DNA from: Abditibacteriaceae bacterium
GTDB lineage: Bacteria > Armatimonadota > Abditibacteriia > Abditibacteriales > Abditibacteriaceae
Assembly: GCA_965277285.1 (NCBI GenBank)
Contig: OZ255721.1
Location: 1,056,001 to 1,120,000 of the forward strand
Reading direction: 5' to 3'
DNA: 64,000 nucleotides
Below are positions 1-10,481 of the stretch, piece by piece. The notes under the pieces were generated by a model that worked only from the letters and a program-made list of their open reading frames with translations, was not told the DNA's origin and did no database searches. Both the position numbers and the translations under genes were made by a program. Positions within the stretch are counted from its first letter, which is position 1; each line of letters starts with the position of its first letter.

Positions 1-890
1 TCCGTTCCCGTCGTCGAGACAACGTGCATTGGGCCGCTATCGTTGCCGATAAACAAGCGCGCTTGCGCCGCCAGCGCCGCCAATTCGCCAACCGAAAGCT
101 GTCCCACAAAATTCACGATGGACGGCGACGCCAATTCGAGTACTCGTTCGGAAATGTCGCGCTCGCCTTCGGCGCCGATGACAACCAGCGGAAAGCCATA
201 GCGCGCTGTCAATTCGTCGGCGAGTTTGGCCCAATGTTCGACAGGCCAACGTTTGCGCGGCGCGCGCGCGCCCGGATGCAACAAAATAAACTTTTGAGGT
301 TGCAGACCGTTTTGCTGCATCAATTCGCTGACGCGTTGTTTTTCTTCGTCGCGCGGCGGCAACACCAGATCGCGCGTCAAAACTGGAAGTTCCAGCACGT
401 CAACCAAAGGTTGCAGATAATGGTCAACGCAGTGCATGCCGTCCATTTCACCATCGCGCATCGGGTAAGTATAAAACCGCGTGTTCCACTGCGCGCCTTC
501 CTTAGGAATGTAACCAATGCGCACCGGAGCGTTCGTCACGCGCGTGAAAAAACTGGACGTGCGACCTTTGGCCAAATCAATGACCAGATCGAAGTGGCTT
601 TCGCGCAGTTTCTTGATCATTTCAACCCAGGCTTTGCGCCGCACGCGGAGATTTTTGGTGCGCGTTTCGCGGCGCGGAAAGGTCATCACTTCATCGACAT
701 CGGGATGATAGCGCAACACATCGGCATAAACGTCATCGACAAAAGCCACGATGCGCGCTTCGGGAAAGTGGCGTCGCAGATTGCTGAACAAAGGCGTCAT
801 CACAACCATGTCGCCCATAAAACGAAAACGAATCACTAAAATCGTCTTTACCGGACGCTTTTTGAGACGAGAAAGAACAGAATTATTCAT
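1..890 (-). CDS. Glycosyltransferase family 9 (heptosyltransferase-like), 3' end outside the window
   Basis: Manual minus-strand translation from ATG 890: MNNSVLSRLKKRPVKTILVIRFRFMGDMVVMTPLFSNLRRHFPEARI...HPDVDEV, a typical GT9 N-terminus. Missing from the ORF track because it runs off the edge. Confidence 0.85.
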   Translation of the reverse strand, partial: MNNSVLSRLKKRPVKTILVIRFRFMGDMVVMTPLFSNLRRHFPEARIVAFVDDVYADVLRYHPDVDEVMTFPRRETRTKNLRVRRKAWVEMIKKLRESHFDLVIDLAKGRTSSFFTRVTNAPVRIGYIPKEGAQWNTRFYTYPMRDGEMDGMHCVDHYLQPLVDVLELPVLTRDLVLPPRDEEKQRVSELMQQNGLQPQKFILLHPGARAPRKRWPVEHWAKLADELTARYGFPLVVIGAEGERDISERVLELASPSIVNFVGQLSVGELAALAAQARLFIGNDSGPMHVVSTTGT

Positions 891-1043
891 AATGACAAGA
901 AAGGACGCACCACCAAACAACGCGGCGCTCTGCAATTATAAGACTTTATCGGTCTGCCTTCATTTGAAAAACGCCTCGAAGAACCGATTCGGCATTTCCA
1001 ACAGTTCGTTTTCTTCATTGAGTACTCGATTCGACAAATTTCT

Positions 1044-1598
1044 TCATTCGCCGTGATGCGGCAATGGTTCCAGCGTCAAACCCGCAGCAGTGTAGATGCG
1101 ATTAAAAGTTTCTTGCGGCCTTTGGTTGATCCGCGCGGTTTCATATTCTTTGCCATCCACAAAAGCCTTCGATTGCGAACATTGAAAACAGATTAGCAAA
1201 TCCACTGTGACGCCGTTTTTCTCTGCTCGAATTCCGTGTCGCGGATCAAAACACGCCGCACGCATCGTTTCCGGCCCGACCGCAATGCCATCGTAGTAGG
1301 CTTTTCTCAGTTCGTTCATCGCTTTGGCGTCGTTGATTTCAGTCTGACCCAAAATATAAAAACCGTGAAACTGTTGAGGTTCAGATTGAACTGTCGGCCA
1401 GCCAAGCGGCCTTAGCGAATACAAAGTGAATTTATCGGCGCCGTCGAAAACTGTTTGCGCCTTGTCCGGCAAAGCCTCGCTGATTTGTTCGGCTGTTGGC
1501 GTTCTCAATTGCACATCACGCCAGCGATGGAAACCGGTCGAAGCCGTGCAAAACACCACAACGGCAACGACACAAAACAGCAGCGGTTTCTTTTTCAT
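1044..1598 (-). CDS. Hypothetical exported protein
   Basis: ORF 1044..1643. Likely start is MKKKPLLFCVV (signal-like). Contains CFDPRHG and CFQC motifs. Confidence 0.65.
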   Translation of the reverse strand: MKKKPLLFCVVAVVVFCTASTGFHRWRDVQLRTPTAEQISEALPDKAQTVFDGADKFTLYSLRPLGWPTVQSEPQQFHGFYILGQTEINDAKAMNELRKAYYDGIAVGPETMRAACFDPRHGIRAEKNGVTVDLLICFQCSQSKAFVDGKEYETARINQRPQETFNRIYTAAGLTLEPLPHHGE

Positions 1599-1639
1599 GT
1601 TTCCTTCGATTCGAGTACTCGATTGGCGCGAATGCCGTT

Positions 1640-1966
1640 TCAAGAACCGGATTTATGTGACGCAAGGTTGAACTTTTGAAGCAGCCATTCCATCACCGCG
1701 CGCTGATCGTCAATTGTCGCGCGACGCGCTTGTGAAAGCAGATGAAGGCGGTCAGGTTTGGGCGGCGCTGTGTTCTGCAAGCCTTCGTTGCATTCGTCGC
1801 ACAAAATCCAAAGCTGCGATTCATCGCCGTTTCGCACGCGCTCCCGCAGCACCACACGTCGTGCAGGTTGGGTTTCCCAAACGTCGTCGGCTGCCGCGAC
1901 ACACATCGCGCAAACGTCCAAAACCACAATGCCATTCTTCATCTCGAGTACTCGGTGCGACTTCAT
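1640..1966 (-). CDS. Small Cys-rich, HNH-like hypothetical protein, possibly degenerate
   Basis: CAMC...LWILCDECNEG pattern; overlaps the upstream gene at its start codon. Confidence 0.4.
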   Translation of the reverse strand: MKSHRVLEMKNGIVVLDVCAMCVAAADDVWETQPARRVVLRERVRNGDESQLWILCDECNEGLQNTAPPKPDRLHLLSQARRATIDDQRAVMEWLLQKFNLASHKSGS

Positions 1967-2373
1967 TTGACACCGCGATAAACGCCATCGCCATCTGTGT
2001 GGTAAATCAACTCCGAAAAATCAATGTTCGCTATGAAAAGATTGCAAACGATTGGGTGAATTTCGTTCGGAATTGCGCGAAAAGTGCGACCTCGTTCTTC
2101 TTCCAAATCGACAACGAGCAGCAGGTTTTCCGGCGTCGAAAATGTCGCTTGGTCAGCCAGAACGACTGCCGATTGATCTTCATTGGCCGGAACGAGCGAC
2201 ATTATCTGTTCGACCGAAGCATTCGAGTACTCGATGTCATTCACATATTCCAACGGCGTTGAGTCGCCCCAACTTTTGATGGTTTCGCAAACGCTTTCCC
2301 ATGCGTTGTTATCTGAAAAATCAGTGCGCACCAAAAGAGTTGCAAGCGTTTCCGGCAAAGGTTTCAAAGCCAT
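1963..2373 (-). CDS. DUF6924-like protein, paralog 1
   Basis: LLVRTDFSD...NLFIANIDFSEL...DGVYRG, homologous to the neighbouring gene. Confidence 0.7.
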   Translation of the reverse strand: MALKPLPETLATLLVRTDFSDNNAWESVCETIKSWGDSTPLEYVNDIEYSNASVEQIMSLVPANEDQSAVVLADQATFSTPENLLLVVDLEEERGRTFRAIPNEIHPIVCNLFIANIDFSELIYHTDGDGVYRGVK

Positions 2374-2414
2374 TTAATTTCCTCATCATTCATCCTCGTA
2401 GCCCAAGTCAATCT

Positions 2415-2819
2415 TCAATTGAAACCACGATAAATACCATCGTCATCTACCGTATCGGCGAATTCAAAATAATCCATATTTGAGATGTGTAGGTTGGCCG
2501 CAATATGCGGCACCTCAGTGACAATCGACCGAAAAACACGGCCTGGCTCGTCGAATAAATCGACGAGAAGCAACGTAATTTCAGCCGAAGAAACCGTTGT
2601 CTTATCGAAAAAAACGGCGAACGTGTGGTCGTAGTTTTCGGGGACAATTTTTACAAGCTCGTCGGCTGTAAGGTTCGAGTACTCAATATCGTTTATAAAC
2701 TCCAAAGGCGCATATTCCAATTCGTCTTGCAGAGTTTGAACGACGTTTTTCCAAAACGCGTCATCAGAAAAATCGGTTCTTATCACGAGCGGAAATTCTG
2801 TTTCTGGAAGTTGTTTCAT
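2415..2819 (-). CDS. DUF6924-like protein, paralog 2
   Basis: LVIRTDFSDD...NLHISNMDYFEFAD...DGIYRGF; ATG at 2819. Confidence 0.7.
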   Translation of the reverse strand: MKQLPETEFPLVIRTDFSDDAFWKNVVQTLQDELEYAPLEFINDIEYSNLTADELVKIVPENYDHTFAVFFDKTTVSSAEITLLLVDLFDEPGRVFRSIVTEVPHIAANLHISNMDYFEFADTVDDDGIYRGFN

Positions 2820-2832
2820 CGACCCCCCACAT

Positions 2833-4146
2833 TCATTCGTCCTCGAAGCCAAAGGCGATGTTGCCGACGTGAACCAGGTCGCCGTGTTTGACACCGGAAG
2901 TACGCAACTGCTCCAGAACACCGTTTTTCTCAAACAAGCGATGCAGATACATCACGGCGTCGTGGTTTTCGGTATCGAAACGTTCCAGCGAACGTTCCAG
3001 CAAACCGCCGCTCGCTTCCCATTCGCTCATGCCATTCGCGTAGCGCGCGATTTCGGTCACCACAAACGGCTTGTCCGGCTGCACGCGCGTCACTTTCGTC
3101 ACTTCGGGAACTTCGACAACAGGCTGAGCCGCGCGCGCTTCTTTCACCAATTCGAGTACTCGATACAACATCGGCTGCACATTGTCGCCCGTCGCGGCGC
3201 TGATTTCATAAACATCGCAGCCGCGATTTTGAAGTTTTTCTTTGAATGCCGCGACTTTTTCCAACGCGTCTTCGTCGCCCGCCAGCGCATCCAATTTGTT
3301 GATGGCGACGATTTGCGGACGCTCGACCAGTTCGCGTTGCCACAATTTCAATTCGCGGTTGATGCTCGCCCAGTTGCGCCACAAACTGCCGCCCAGTTGC
3401 GCTTGGGTCGCGTCCACCAGATGAACGAAAACCGGCGCGCGCTCGATGTGCTTCAAAAACTGATGTCCCAAACCGGCGCCTTTGTGCGCGCCGCGAATCA
3501 GGCCGGGAATGTCGCCCGCGATGAACTGGTTTTCCGCGTCCATGCGCACCGCGCCCAAGTTCGGCACCAGCGTCGTAAACGGATAATCGGCGATTTTGGG
3601 GCGCGCCGCGGAAATGCGCGAAATGAGAGTGCTTTTGCCGGCGTTTGGCAAACCGATCAAGGCGACATCGGCGAGGATTTTGAGCGACAATTTCAGCTTG
3701 CGCTCGACGCCTTTTTGCCCTTTTTCAGCAAAGCGCGGCGATTGTCGAGTACTCGTAACAAAGCGCGGATTGCCCAAACCGCCGCGTCCGCCTTGCGCGA
3801 CCACAAAAGTTTGGTCGGGCGCGATGAGGTCAACCAAGAGTTCGCCCGTTTCGACATCGAAAACCTGCGTGCCGATGGGAACGTTGAGCGTGATGCTTTC
3901 GCCGTCTTCGCCTTTTTTGCGCCCGCCTTCGCCATGTCGCCCTTTGACGCCTTTGTGGTGCCGCTTGCGCGATAAATCCAAAAGCGTTTTTACATGCGGA
4001 TGCGCTTTCAAAGTCACGCTGCCACCATCGCCGCCGTCGCCGCCCGCCGGGCCGCCGAAGGGTTCATATTTCTCGCGGCGAAACGCCACAATGCCATCGC
4101 CGCCGTCGCCGCCCTTCACTTCAATCGTCGCTTCATCAATAAACAT
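2833..4146 (-). CDS. obgE: GTPase ObgE/CgtA
   Basis: MFIDEA...GGDGGDG Obg fold, GLPNAGKST, YPFTT, DIPGLI, NKLD, C-terminal OCT domain. Confidence 0.98.
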   Translation of the reverse strand: MFIDEATIEVKGGDGGDGIVAFRREKYEPFGGPAGGDGGDGGSVTLKAHPHVKTLLDLSRKRHHKGVKGRHGEGGRKKGEDGESITLNVPIGTQVFDVETGELLVDLIAPDQTFVVAQGGRGGLGNPRFVTSTRQSPRFAEKGQKGVERKLKLSLKILADVALIGLPNAGKSTLISRISAARPKIADYPFTTLVPNLGAVRMDAENQFIAGDIPGLIRGAHKGAGLGHQFLKHIERAPVFVHLVDATQAQLGGSLWRNWASINRELKLWQRELVERPQIVAINKLDALAGDEDALEKVAAFKEKLQNRGCDVYEISAATGDNVQPMLYRVLELVKEARAAQPVVEVPEVTKVTRVQPDKPFVVTEIARYANGMSEWEASGGLLERSLERFDTENHDAVMYLHRLFEKNGVLEQLRTSGVKHGDLVHVGNIAFGFEDE

Positions 4147-4200
4147 AAGGCGATAAGTTTACCGCAGAGACGCGAAGGCGCAGAGAATCGAGTACTCAAT

Positions 4201-4286
4201 AACGAACCCTGAGCGTAAGCGACGGGTGAAAACTACCAGTTACATCAAATTGTTAGTTCACCCGTCGCTTACGCTCAGGGTTCGTT
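4201..4286. repeat. REP-like inverted repeat, family A
   Basis: 30-bp perfect arms AACGAACCCTGAGCGTAAGCGACGGGTGAA; related copies at 14117 and 62648. Confidence 0.85.
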
Positions 4287-4300
4287 GTCGTGTATGCGAT

Positions 4301-6751
4301 TTACGGTGTCGAAAGCATGGCGTTAATCAGTAGCGCGAAGCACAAAAATCCCAAGGCGAACAGCACGACCGAGCGCGCGCTTTTGTTTCCAATCGCTGAC
4401 AGCGCGCGGCTCAAGCCCCACAACAAACCGCCAACGGCGCCAGCGCACGACCACGCAATTGGCGCCGAGTTTTGCGCCTCGCCCAAAAAGCGCCGCAATG
4501 GAAACAGCAGCCAATCGCCGGGCAGCCAGAAGCCCCAATGTCCCGCCCACGCCAATATCCAGCCGAAACCCAGGCCCGCGAACAAACACAGAAATGGCAA
4601 TAGCGCACGATACATCGGGTCAACGCGCGCATCGTCCTGAAAACGCCAGCCAATCGCCAAGCCCAAAGTCGCGCCGACAAATAGCGGCGCCAGGCCGCGA
4701 ATCGCATACGGATAAGCGCCCGCTTGCGGCGTCCACAACCATTGCACGGCGCGATTAGGGTCTATCATCGCGTAGCCCAAACGCGCCAGCAAAAACACAA
4801 TCGAGTACTGGAAAGCCATGCCCAACGTCAATGCGAGCCAGCGTCGCGGCGGCAGAGCGATGCGATACGTCACGGGAACGCGCAAGCGCCCGCCGTTGGT
4901 GTCCAGAAACAAAGCGCCCGCATACGAACGCGCAATTGTGTTCGGTCGGTCGGCGTAAACCGTGACTTCAAACGGTTCTTCGCCGTGAAAGCGTTCGGGC
5001 ACTTCGGCGTCCGGCAGTTCGGCGGCGTGAATCGCGCCGCGCGGCATGCCTCCGCCACGAACGCCGCCAGGTTGCAAACATCGCACGACCAGGCGTTGCG
5101 CGACGCGCGTGCCTAATATCACCGTGCCGAAATTCACGGCTTGCGGAATGACGTGCAGCGGCAGCGGTTCAACCGTGTAAGAAATCGGCACGCGGACTGT
5201 TTCGTTTTCGCTTTCAAAAAGCAACGTCCCGCTTTGTCCGCCCAGCGGAATCTGCGACGCATCCAGCGCGATTTCAATTGACGCCTCGTTGCCTTCCCAT
5301 TCCAAAGGAAAAGTCAGGCCCGGCAATTCGTTTCCGATGTTGAGCAATGGATCAACGCCATCTTGCGCCGTTTCTTCAATCAGGATTTTGCCCCACTGAA
5401 AACCGGCGCCGACGTTGCGCACGCGAACCGTCACGCTTTTCTGTCCGCCGCTGGGAACGCCGCCCAGAGCAATCGATGACGGCTCGATTTGCAGTTTCGG
5501 CAAAATATCGGGCGTGCGCGTCGTGTAAAGCGAGCGCCGAAACAATTCCATCGCGCGCTGCGGATGAGTCGAAAAGCGCACCACGACTTTTTCCGCGACC
5601 GTCGCCGGAGCCGCGAAACCGTTTTGTCGCAGCCAGTCGGCGAACATTCCGTTCCACAAATAATTTAGCGATTCCTTGGGATGCGTTTCCACCGCGCGCA
5701 CCAAATCGTTCAAATTGCGCGCGCGAAAACCATCGGCAAACGTGAAAGGCGGCAGGTTTCGAGTACTCGATTCGTGTTTGCGCAGTTCATTCAAATCGCT
5801 CAGCATCGCTTCGACGTTCTCATAACGATCCGCTTTTTTCGTCGCCGTCGCGGTTTGCAAAATGCGCTCGGCTTCGCTTGAAAGGCGCGTGTTGAAAAAA
5901 CGCGGCGCGCGTTGCATCAGTTCGCGCAGATCGTTTTCGTCCTGCGGATCGCGCCCCGTCAACAAGCGCTTGAGCGTCATTCCCAGCGCGTAAATATCGG
6001 AACGCGCTTCGGGGTTTTGTTGTTCCTGCGCGTCCGGCGGCGCGTAGCCTGGTGTTCCGAAACGACCCGTTCCTGAAAGCCGCAGCGTTCCATAAGTGCC
6101 GCTTTCCTCGACTTTTTTGGTCAGGCCGAAGTCGAGCAGCATCGCCATGTTATCTTCGGCGCGAATTGTAACGTTGTCCGGCTTGATGTCGCGGTGAACC
6201 ACGCCCAAGCGATGGAGAGCGCGCAACGCCGACGCGATTTGCGCGATCCATTCGATGCAATCGGCTTCGGGCAAAGGCCGCCCGCGCTGTTTCGAGTACT
6301 CGACTGCCAACTCTTCCAACGTCGCGCCGTCGATGAAGTCCATCATTAAGTAATGGCGCTGCTCGATTTTGAGCAATTGCGCGCCATAATCTGGACACGA
6401 TTCCTGCTCTGAGAAATCGAGTCCACAGCGTGGGCAAACGTTCCACAGTCCGTCTTCCTGCTCGAAATAAGCGGCGGGAATGTGCGGATGCCGCAGCGTC
6501 GCCAGGTTGAGCGCTTCGCGCTTGAATAATTCGAGCGCGAGCGAACGTTCGTCTTTGCCAGTTGCGGGATCGTTCAAGACGTGCATTTCCTTGCACGCCA
6601 GAAAATTGCCGACGACACCATCGCGCACGCGATAAACCGAACCGAAGTTGCCGCCGCCCAGATGACTGAGCACTTCGTAGCGGCCTTTGATGATGTCGCC
6701 GCGACGATGCTGCAAAAACCCGATTTGTGCCAAAGGTATCATTGTGGACAT
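4301..6751 (-). CDS. Ser/Thr protein kinase with Ig-like domains and C-terminal membrane segments
   Basis: LGGGNFGSVY, HRDIKPDN, DFG, GTPGYAP, SDIYALG; hydrophobic C-terminus. Confidence 0.92.
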   Translation of the reverse strand: MSTMIPLAQIGFLQHRRGDIIKGRYEVLSHLGGGNFGSVYRVRDGVVGNFLACKEMHVLNDPATGKDERSLALELFKREALNLATLRHPHIPAAYFEQEDGLWNVCPRCGLDFSEQESCPDYGAQLLKIEQRHYLMMDFIDGATLEELAVEYSKQRGRPLPEADCIEWIAQIASALRALHRLGVVHRDIKPDNVTIRAEDNMAMLLDFGLTKKVEESGTYGTLRLSGTGRFGTPGYAPPDAQEQQNPEARSDIYALGMTLKRLLTGRDPQDENDLRELMQRAPRFFNTRLSSEAERILQTATATKKADRYENVEAMLSDLNELRKHESSTRNLPPFTFADGFRARNLNDLVRAVETHPKESLNYLWNGMFADWLRQNGFAAPATVAEKVVVRFSTHPQRAMELFRRSLYTTRTPDILPKLQIEPSSIALGGVPSGGQKSVTVRVRNVGAGFQWGKILIEETAQDGVDPLLNIGNELPGLTFPLEWEGNEASIEIALDASQIPLGGQSGTLLFESENETVRVPISYTVEPLPLHVIPQAVNFGTVILGTRVAQRLVVRCLQPGGVRGGGMPRGAIHAAELPDAEVPERFHGEEPFEVTVYADRPNTIARSYAGALFLDTNGGRLRVPVTYRIALPPRRWLALTLGMAFQYSIVFLLARLGYAMIDPNRAVQWLWTPQAGAYPYAIRGLAPLFVGATLGLAIGWRFQDDARVDPMYRALLPFLCLFAGLGFGWILAWAGHWGFWLPGDWLLFPLRRFLGEAQNSAPIAWSCAGAVGGLLWGLSRALSAIGNKSARSVVLFALGFLCFALLINAMLSTP

Positions 6752-6778
6752 TGCAGTGAAGTTTAATAAAGTGGAATA

Positions 6779-6904
6779 GCCAGCGATTAAAATCGCGTCA
6801 GGGGAGCCTTCGGCTGACTGTCCGCCTGCGCGGACAAAGAATCTCGTGTCCGCGCAGGCGGACAGTCAGCCGAAGGCTCCCCTGACGCGATTTTAATCGC
6901 TGGC
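6779..6904. repeat. Long perfect inverted repeat (58-bp arms), REP/MITE-like
   Basis: 6779-6836 is the exact reverse complement of 6847-6904; contains GTCCGCGCAGGCGGAC. Confidence 0.9.
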
Positions 6905-6960
6905 ATCGAGTACTCGATATTCCTCATTTCTGGCGCTCGCCACACGTTAAACTGCATCTT

Positions 6961-8406
6961 ATGAGCGATTCTTTTTCTCGTCCTTCGTCGTCCTATTCCC
7001 TCACTTTGCGCATTGAATATCCAAACCGCGTTGGCGTTTTAGGTCAGGTGACGAACGCTATCAGCGCAAGTGGCGGCGACATCGGTGCGATTGACATCGT
7101 CAACACCGAGCGCGATTTTGTGACGCGCGACATCACTTTTTCCGCGCGCGATTACGATCACGGGCGCGAAGTCACCGAAGCTGTGCGCGCCGTGCCCGAC
7201 GTGATTATTCTCAACGTGAGCGACCGAACGTTTTTGCTGCATCTGGGCGGAATGCTGGCAATCGCGCCCAAGGTTTCGGTCAAAACGCGCGACGATCTTT
7301 CGATGGCCTACACGCCAGGCGTCGCGCGCATTTCGCAATCCATCGTCGAGCATCCCGAAGACGCGTGGAACCTGACGATGAAGAAAAACTTTGTCGCGGT
7401 CATCACCGATGGCGGCGAAGTTTTGGGTTTGGGCGCCGCTGGCCCGACCGCTGCCCTGCCCGTGATGGAAGCCAAAGCCTTGCTCTTCAAGGAATTTGCG
7501 AACGTGGACGCGGTTCCTTTGTGCCTCGATGTCTCGAACGTGGACGAATTTGTGATCGCCGTCAAAGCCGTCGCGCCGACTTTTGGCGCCATTCATCTGG
7601 AAGACTTGGCAGCACCGCGCTGCTTCCAAATCGAGGCGCGCCTGGAAGAACTGCTCGACATTCCCGTGATGCACAACGATCAGCACGGAACCGCGATTGT
7701 CGTTTTGGCGGCGCTCATCAACGCCTGCAAACTGACCGAAAAAACTGCGGAAACTTTGCGCATCGTCATCAACGGCGCGGGCGCGGCGGGCATCGCCACT
7801 GCGCGACTTTTAACGACGTGGGGCGTGCGCGACATCGTCGTCTGCGACAGCAACGGCGCACTCTACGCGGGGCGCGAAGAAAGTGCGGATCGAGTACTCG
7901 ATGCGATGACCGATTACATCACGCGCACCACAAATCCGCGCGGCGCGCACGGCACTTTGCCCAAAGTTCTGGTGGGCGCCGATGTTTTTCTCGGTTTCGG
8001 AGGACGAACGATTCTAAGCCGCGACGACATTGCGCGCATGAACACGGACGCCGTTGTTTTTGCAATGGCGAATCCCGAACCGGAAATCGAGCCTTCGAGC
8101 ATCGAAGACATCGCGCGCGTGGTAGCCACGGGAAAAAGCGATTACGCCAATCAGATCAATAATATGCTGTGCTTTCCCGGTTTCTTTCGCGGCCTTTTGG
8201 ATGCCCACGCGCGCGGCATCAACGATGCCATGAAAATCGCCGCCGCGAACGCGATTGCGAATGTGATCGGCCACGATGAATTGCACGAAGACCTGCTGAT
8301 TCCCAGCGTTTTCGACCGCCGCGTCGTTCCCGCTGTGGCGCGCGCCGTCAAGAAAAGCGCCATCGAAAGCGGACTGGCGCGGCGTTTGACGGCGCACGCG
8401 CGATGA
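6961..8406 (+). CDS. NAD(P)-dependent malic enzyme with N-terminal ACT domain
   Basis: ACT N-terminus, DDLSMAYTPGVA, HLEDLAAPRCF, DQHGTA, GAGAAG, FAMANPEPE, NQINN. Confidence 0.93.
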   Translation: MSDSFSRPSSSYSLTLRIEYPNRVGVLGQVTNAISASGGDIGAIDIVNTERDFVTRDITFSARDYDHGREVTEAVRAVPDVIILNVSDRTFLLHLGGMLAIAPKVSVKTRDDLSMAYTPGVARISQSIVEHPEDAWNLTMKKNFVAVITDGGEVLGLGAAGPTAALPVMEAKALLFKEFANVDAVPLCLDVSNVDEFVIAVKAVAPTFGAIHLEDLAAPRCFQIEARLEELLDIPVMHNDQHGTAIVVLAALINACKLTEKTAETLRIVINGAGAAGIATARLLTTWGVRDIVVCDSNGALYAGREESADRVLDAMTDYITRTTNPRGAHGTLPKVLVGADVFLGFGGRTILSRDDIARMNTDAVVFAMANPEPEIEPSSIEDIARVVATGKSDYANQINNMLCFPGFFRGLLDAHARGINDAMKIAAANAIANVIGHDELHEDLLIPSVFDRRVVPAVARAVKKSAIESGLARRLTAHAR

Positions 8407-10463
8407 ACAGTTTCCTACTGCGCTTTTTGAGATATTGGAGTCGTTCCGCTGGTGAACGATTGTGGCGTTCGCGCCAATCTTTCGGCGTACGCTATTTCGC
8501 GTTGATCTGCCTTGCAGTGCTCGCCTCGCCTTTTTTGCGCTCGTGTTTCCAAGTGCAAAACTTGTTTACTCCAACGATGGCTTCGGGCTTGATAGCGCCC
8601 CTTTTGGGTTTGCCGTGGCACAATGACACCTGGCCGAACGCTTTTTTCATTGAGCGTTTGCACGCGCTTTATCCTCACGACCACGATGTCGAATTGGCTT
8701 ATGCCGAAGGCGAAGATCCCCGATTTTATATGACGAATGATGACGACTATAATTCCATTCTTGGCAACATCTCCTTGAGGGATTCCGACGCGATTGAAAA
8801 ATACAACGCTCTAATGAAGCAATGGACGCGCGATCCAATTCCTGTCGCGCGCTGGTTGAGACATACGGCTAACATTCTCAAAGACGTTCGCGTCGCTGGC
8901 GGTCTGGAAAGCCTGCCGCAAAGCACTGTTGCACCAGCAGGCATGGCGATTCCGGCACCTACGCCAACGCCAAAACCTTCTTACACACCAAGCGAATTGA
9001 ACCACGCGATAGCAGTTGCGCGAAGCGGACAGAAACTGGAGCCGCAAAACAGCTATTTCGATTGGATGCTGATTTATTTTCTGCTGTGCGCGCGGCGCGA
9101 CAACGAAGCGATTCGAGTACTCGATGCGGCATCGCGCAAACAGTTCTACGACGATCATTCGTGCGATGTTGTAGCGGCTTTCATTCATGCGCGAGAAAGA
9201 GTGCGCCCGACTCTCATCGAAGAAAAATGGACGGATGTCATCTACGGTCAAAACTTATTCTTCAATGGACCGCATATCGCGCGCTTATTTTCGTGGATCG
9301 CGTGGCAAAAAGATCAGGCTGGCGACGTGCAAGGCGCGCTTTCCATTCGCGGCGATCTTGCGCGCATGGGCCAACTCATCGGCAATGGCCACTGCATAAG
9401 TTTATTTGAGGATTTTTCTCGTCCGATTTCAAGGATTGCCTGGCGCCGCGATTTGCGACCTTCGTCTTTGTCGTCTGCAAGGCGTTTTTCTGCAACCTCG
9501 TGGCGCACTGACGCGGACGATTTCGCGGATTATGCGATGGCGCATCATCGTCCTGACATCGCGCGTGAAACCCACGTCTTCGTGCAAAACAGCGCAGCCC
9601 GGCAACTTTTGTATCGCAGTTACACCAGCGTGATTTCAAGCCGCGTCTTGATTTACATTGGCTTAGGCGTCAGTTGTTTGCTGAGCATCGCGTTTTTCAT
9701 TGCGTTGTATGTCGCGCTTTCGATTCTGCTCTTGCTTTCTCCCTCCGTCGAAGTCGAGCGCCGCGATGTTTGGAGCTTGGCGCTGTTTCTCGCCTTGACG
9801 GCGTTGGTTGGGATTTTCTGCTTACACTTTGCAATCGCGCATCTTGGAACGGACGGTTACAACGCATTTGACTTATCGAGAGAAACTTCAAGCACGCTCT
9901 GGCTGCTGGCAATCGGCGTAGTTTTGCTTTTTATCACGCCGCTTTTGCTGTCGGCTTTGTGGTGCGCTCTGGGTTCGTGGCGGCGCGCCAGGCAATCGCC
10001 GGAAACCAGGACGCCCGCTCCAGGCTTGAAGATAATGCGGCTGGCTCAATTTTTCGTTTGTGGCAGCGCGTGGTCTTACGCCATCGCCTACTCGGTTGTG
10101 GCCGCTGTCATGGCGTGGCAAGGCGTCACGATGTGGAGCGTCAAAGTTCCGGCGTTAGGAGAAATTTACTTCAACGAGCCGTGGTGGAATCTGCTTCTTG
10201 TCTGGCCCGCTGTCGCTCTTTTTTCGCTCGTGAGCTGGTTTTGTTACGCGCGCTTTTTCGCCGCGCCGCCACGCACGCATACGCTTTACGCCTTGCGACG
10301 ATTCCGTCAAACGCTGCTCGCCTTGGTTCCCATTTACAGCGCGTTCTGGATTTCAATCGCGCTGCTTTCGCTGCCGCAACGACACCGAGCGGAAGCCCAA
10401 TTGAACGACTTGCTACAACACGGCGAAGTTTATGTCGCCGAACATCCCGACAAATATCGCTGA
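8403..10463 (+). CDS. Hypothetical multi-pass membrane protein
   Basis: 686-aa ORF with an ATGA overlap with the malic enzyme; several hydrophobic helices in the C-terminal half. Confidence 0.75.
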   Translation: MNSFLLRFLRYWSRSAGERLWRSRQSFGVRYFALICLAVLASPFLRSCFQVQNLFTPTMASGLIAPLLGLPWHNDTWPNAFFIERLHALYPHDHDVELAYAEGEDPRFYMTNDDDYNSILGNISLRDSDAIEKYNALMKQWTRDPIPVARWLRHTANILKDVRVAGGLESLPQSTVAPAGMAIPAPTPTPKPSYTPSELNHAIAVARSGQKLEPQNSYFDWMLIYFLLCARRDNEAIRVLDAASRKQFYDDHSCDVVAAFIHARERVRPTLIEEKWTDVIYGQNLFFNGPHIARLFSWIAWQKDQAGDVQGALSIRGDLARMGQLIGNGHCISLFEDFSRPISRIAWRRDLRPSSLSSARRFSATSWRTDADDFADYAMAHHRPDIARETHVFVQNSAARQLLYRSYTSVISSRVLIYIGLGVSCLLSIAFFIALYVALSILLLLSPSVEVERRDVWSLALFLALTALVGIFCLHFAIAHLGTDGYNAFDLSRETSSTLWLLAIGVVLLFITPLLLSALWCALGSWRRARQSPETRTPAPGLKIMRLAQFFVCGSAWSYAIAYSVVAAVMAWQGVTMWSVKVPALGEIYFNEPWWNLLLVWPAVALFSLVSWFCYARFFAAPPRTHTLYALRRFRQTLLALVPIYSAFWISIALLSLPQRHRAEAQLNDLLQHGEVYVAEHPDKYR

Positions 10464-10481
10464 CAATCGAGTACTCGAATC

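Noticed and set aside
24..3975. Long plus-strand ORFs 24..839 and 2869..3975
   Set aside because: They are antisense to recognisable GT9 and obgE genes and have no motifs of their own.
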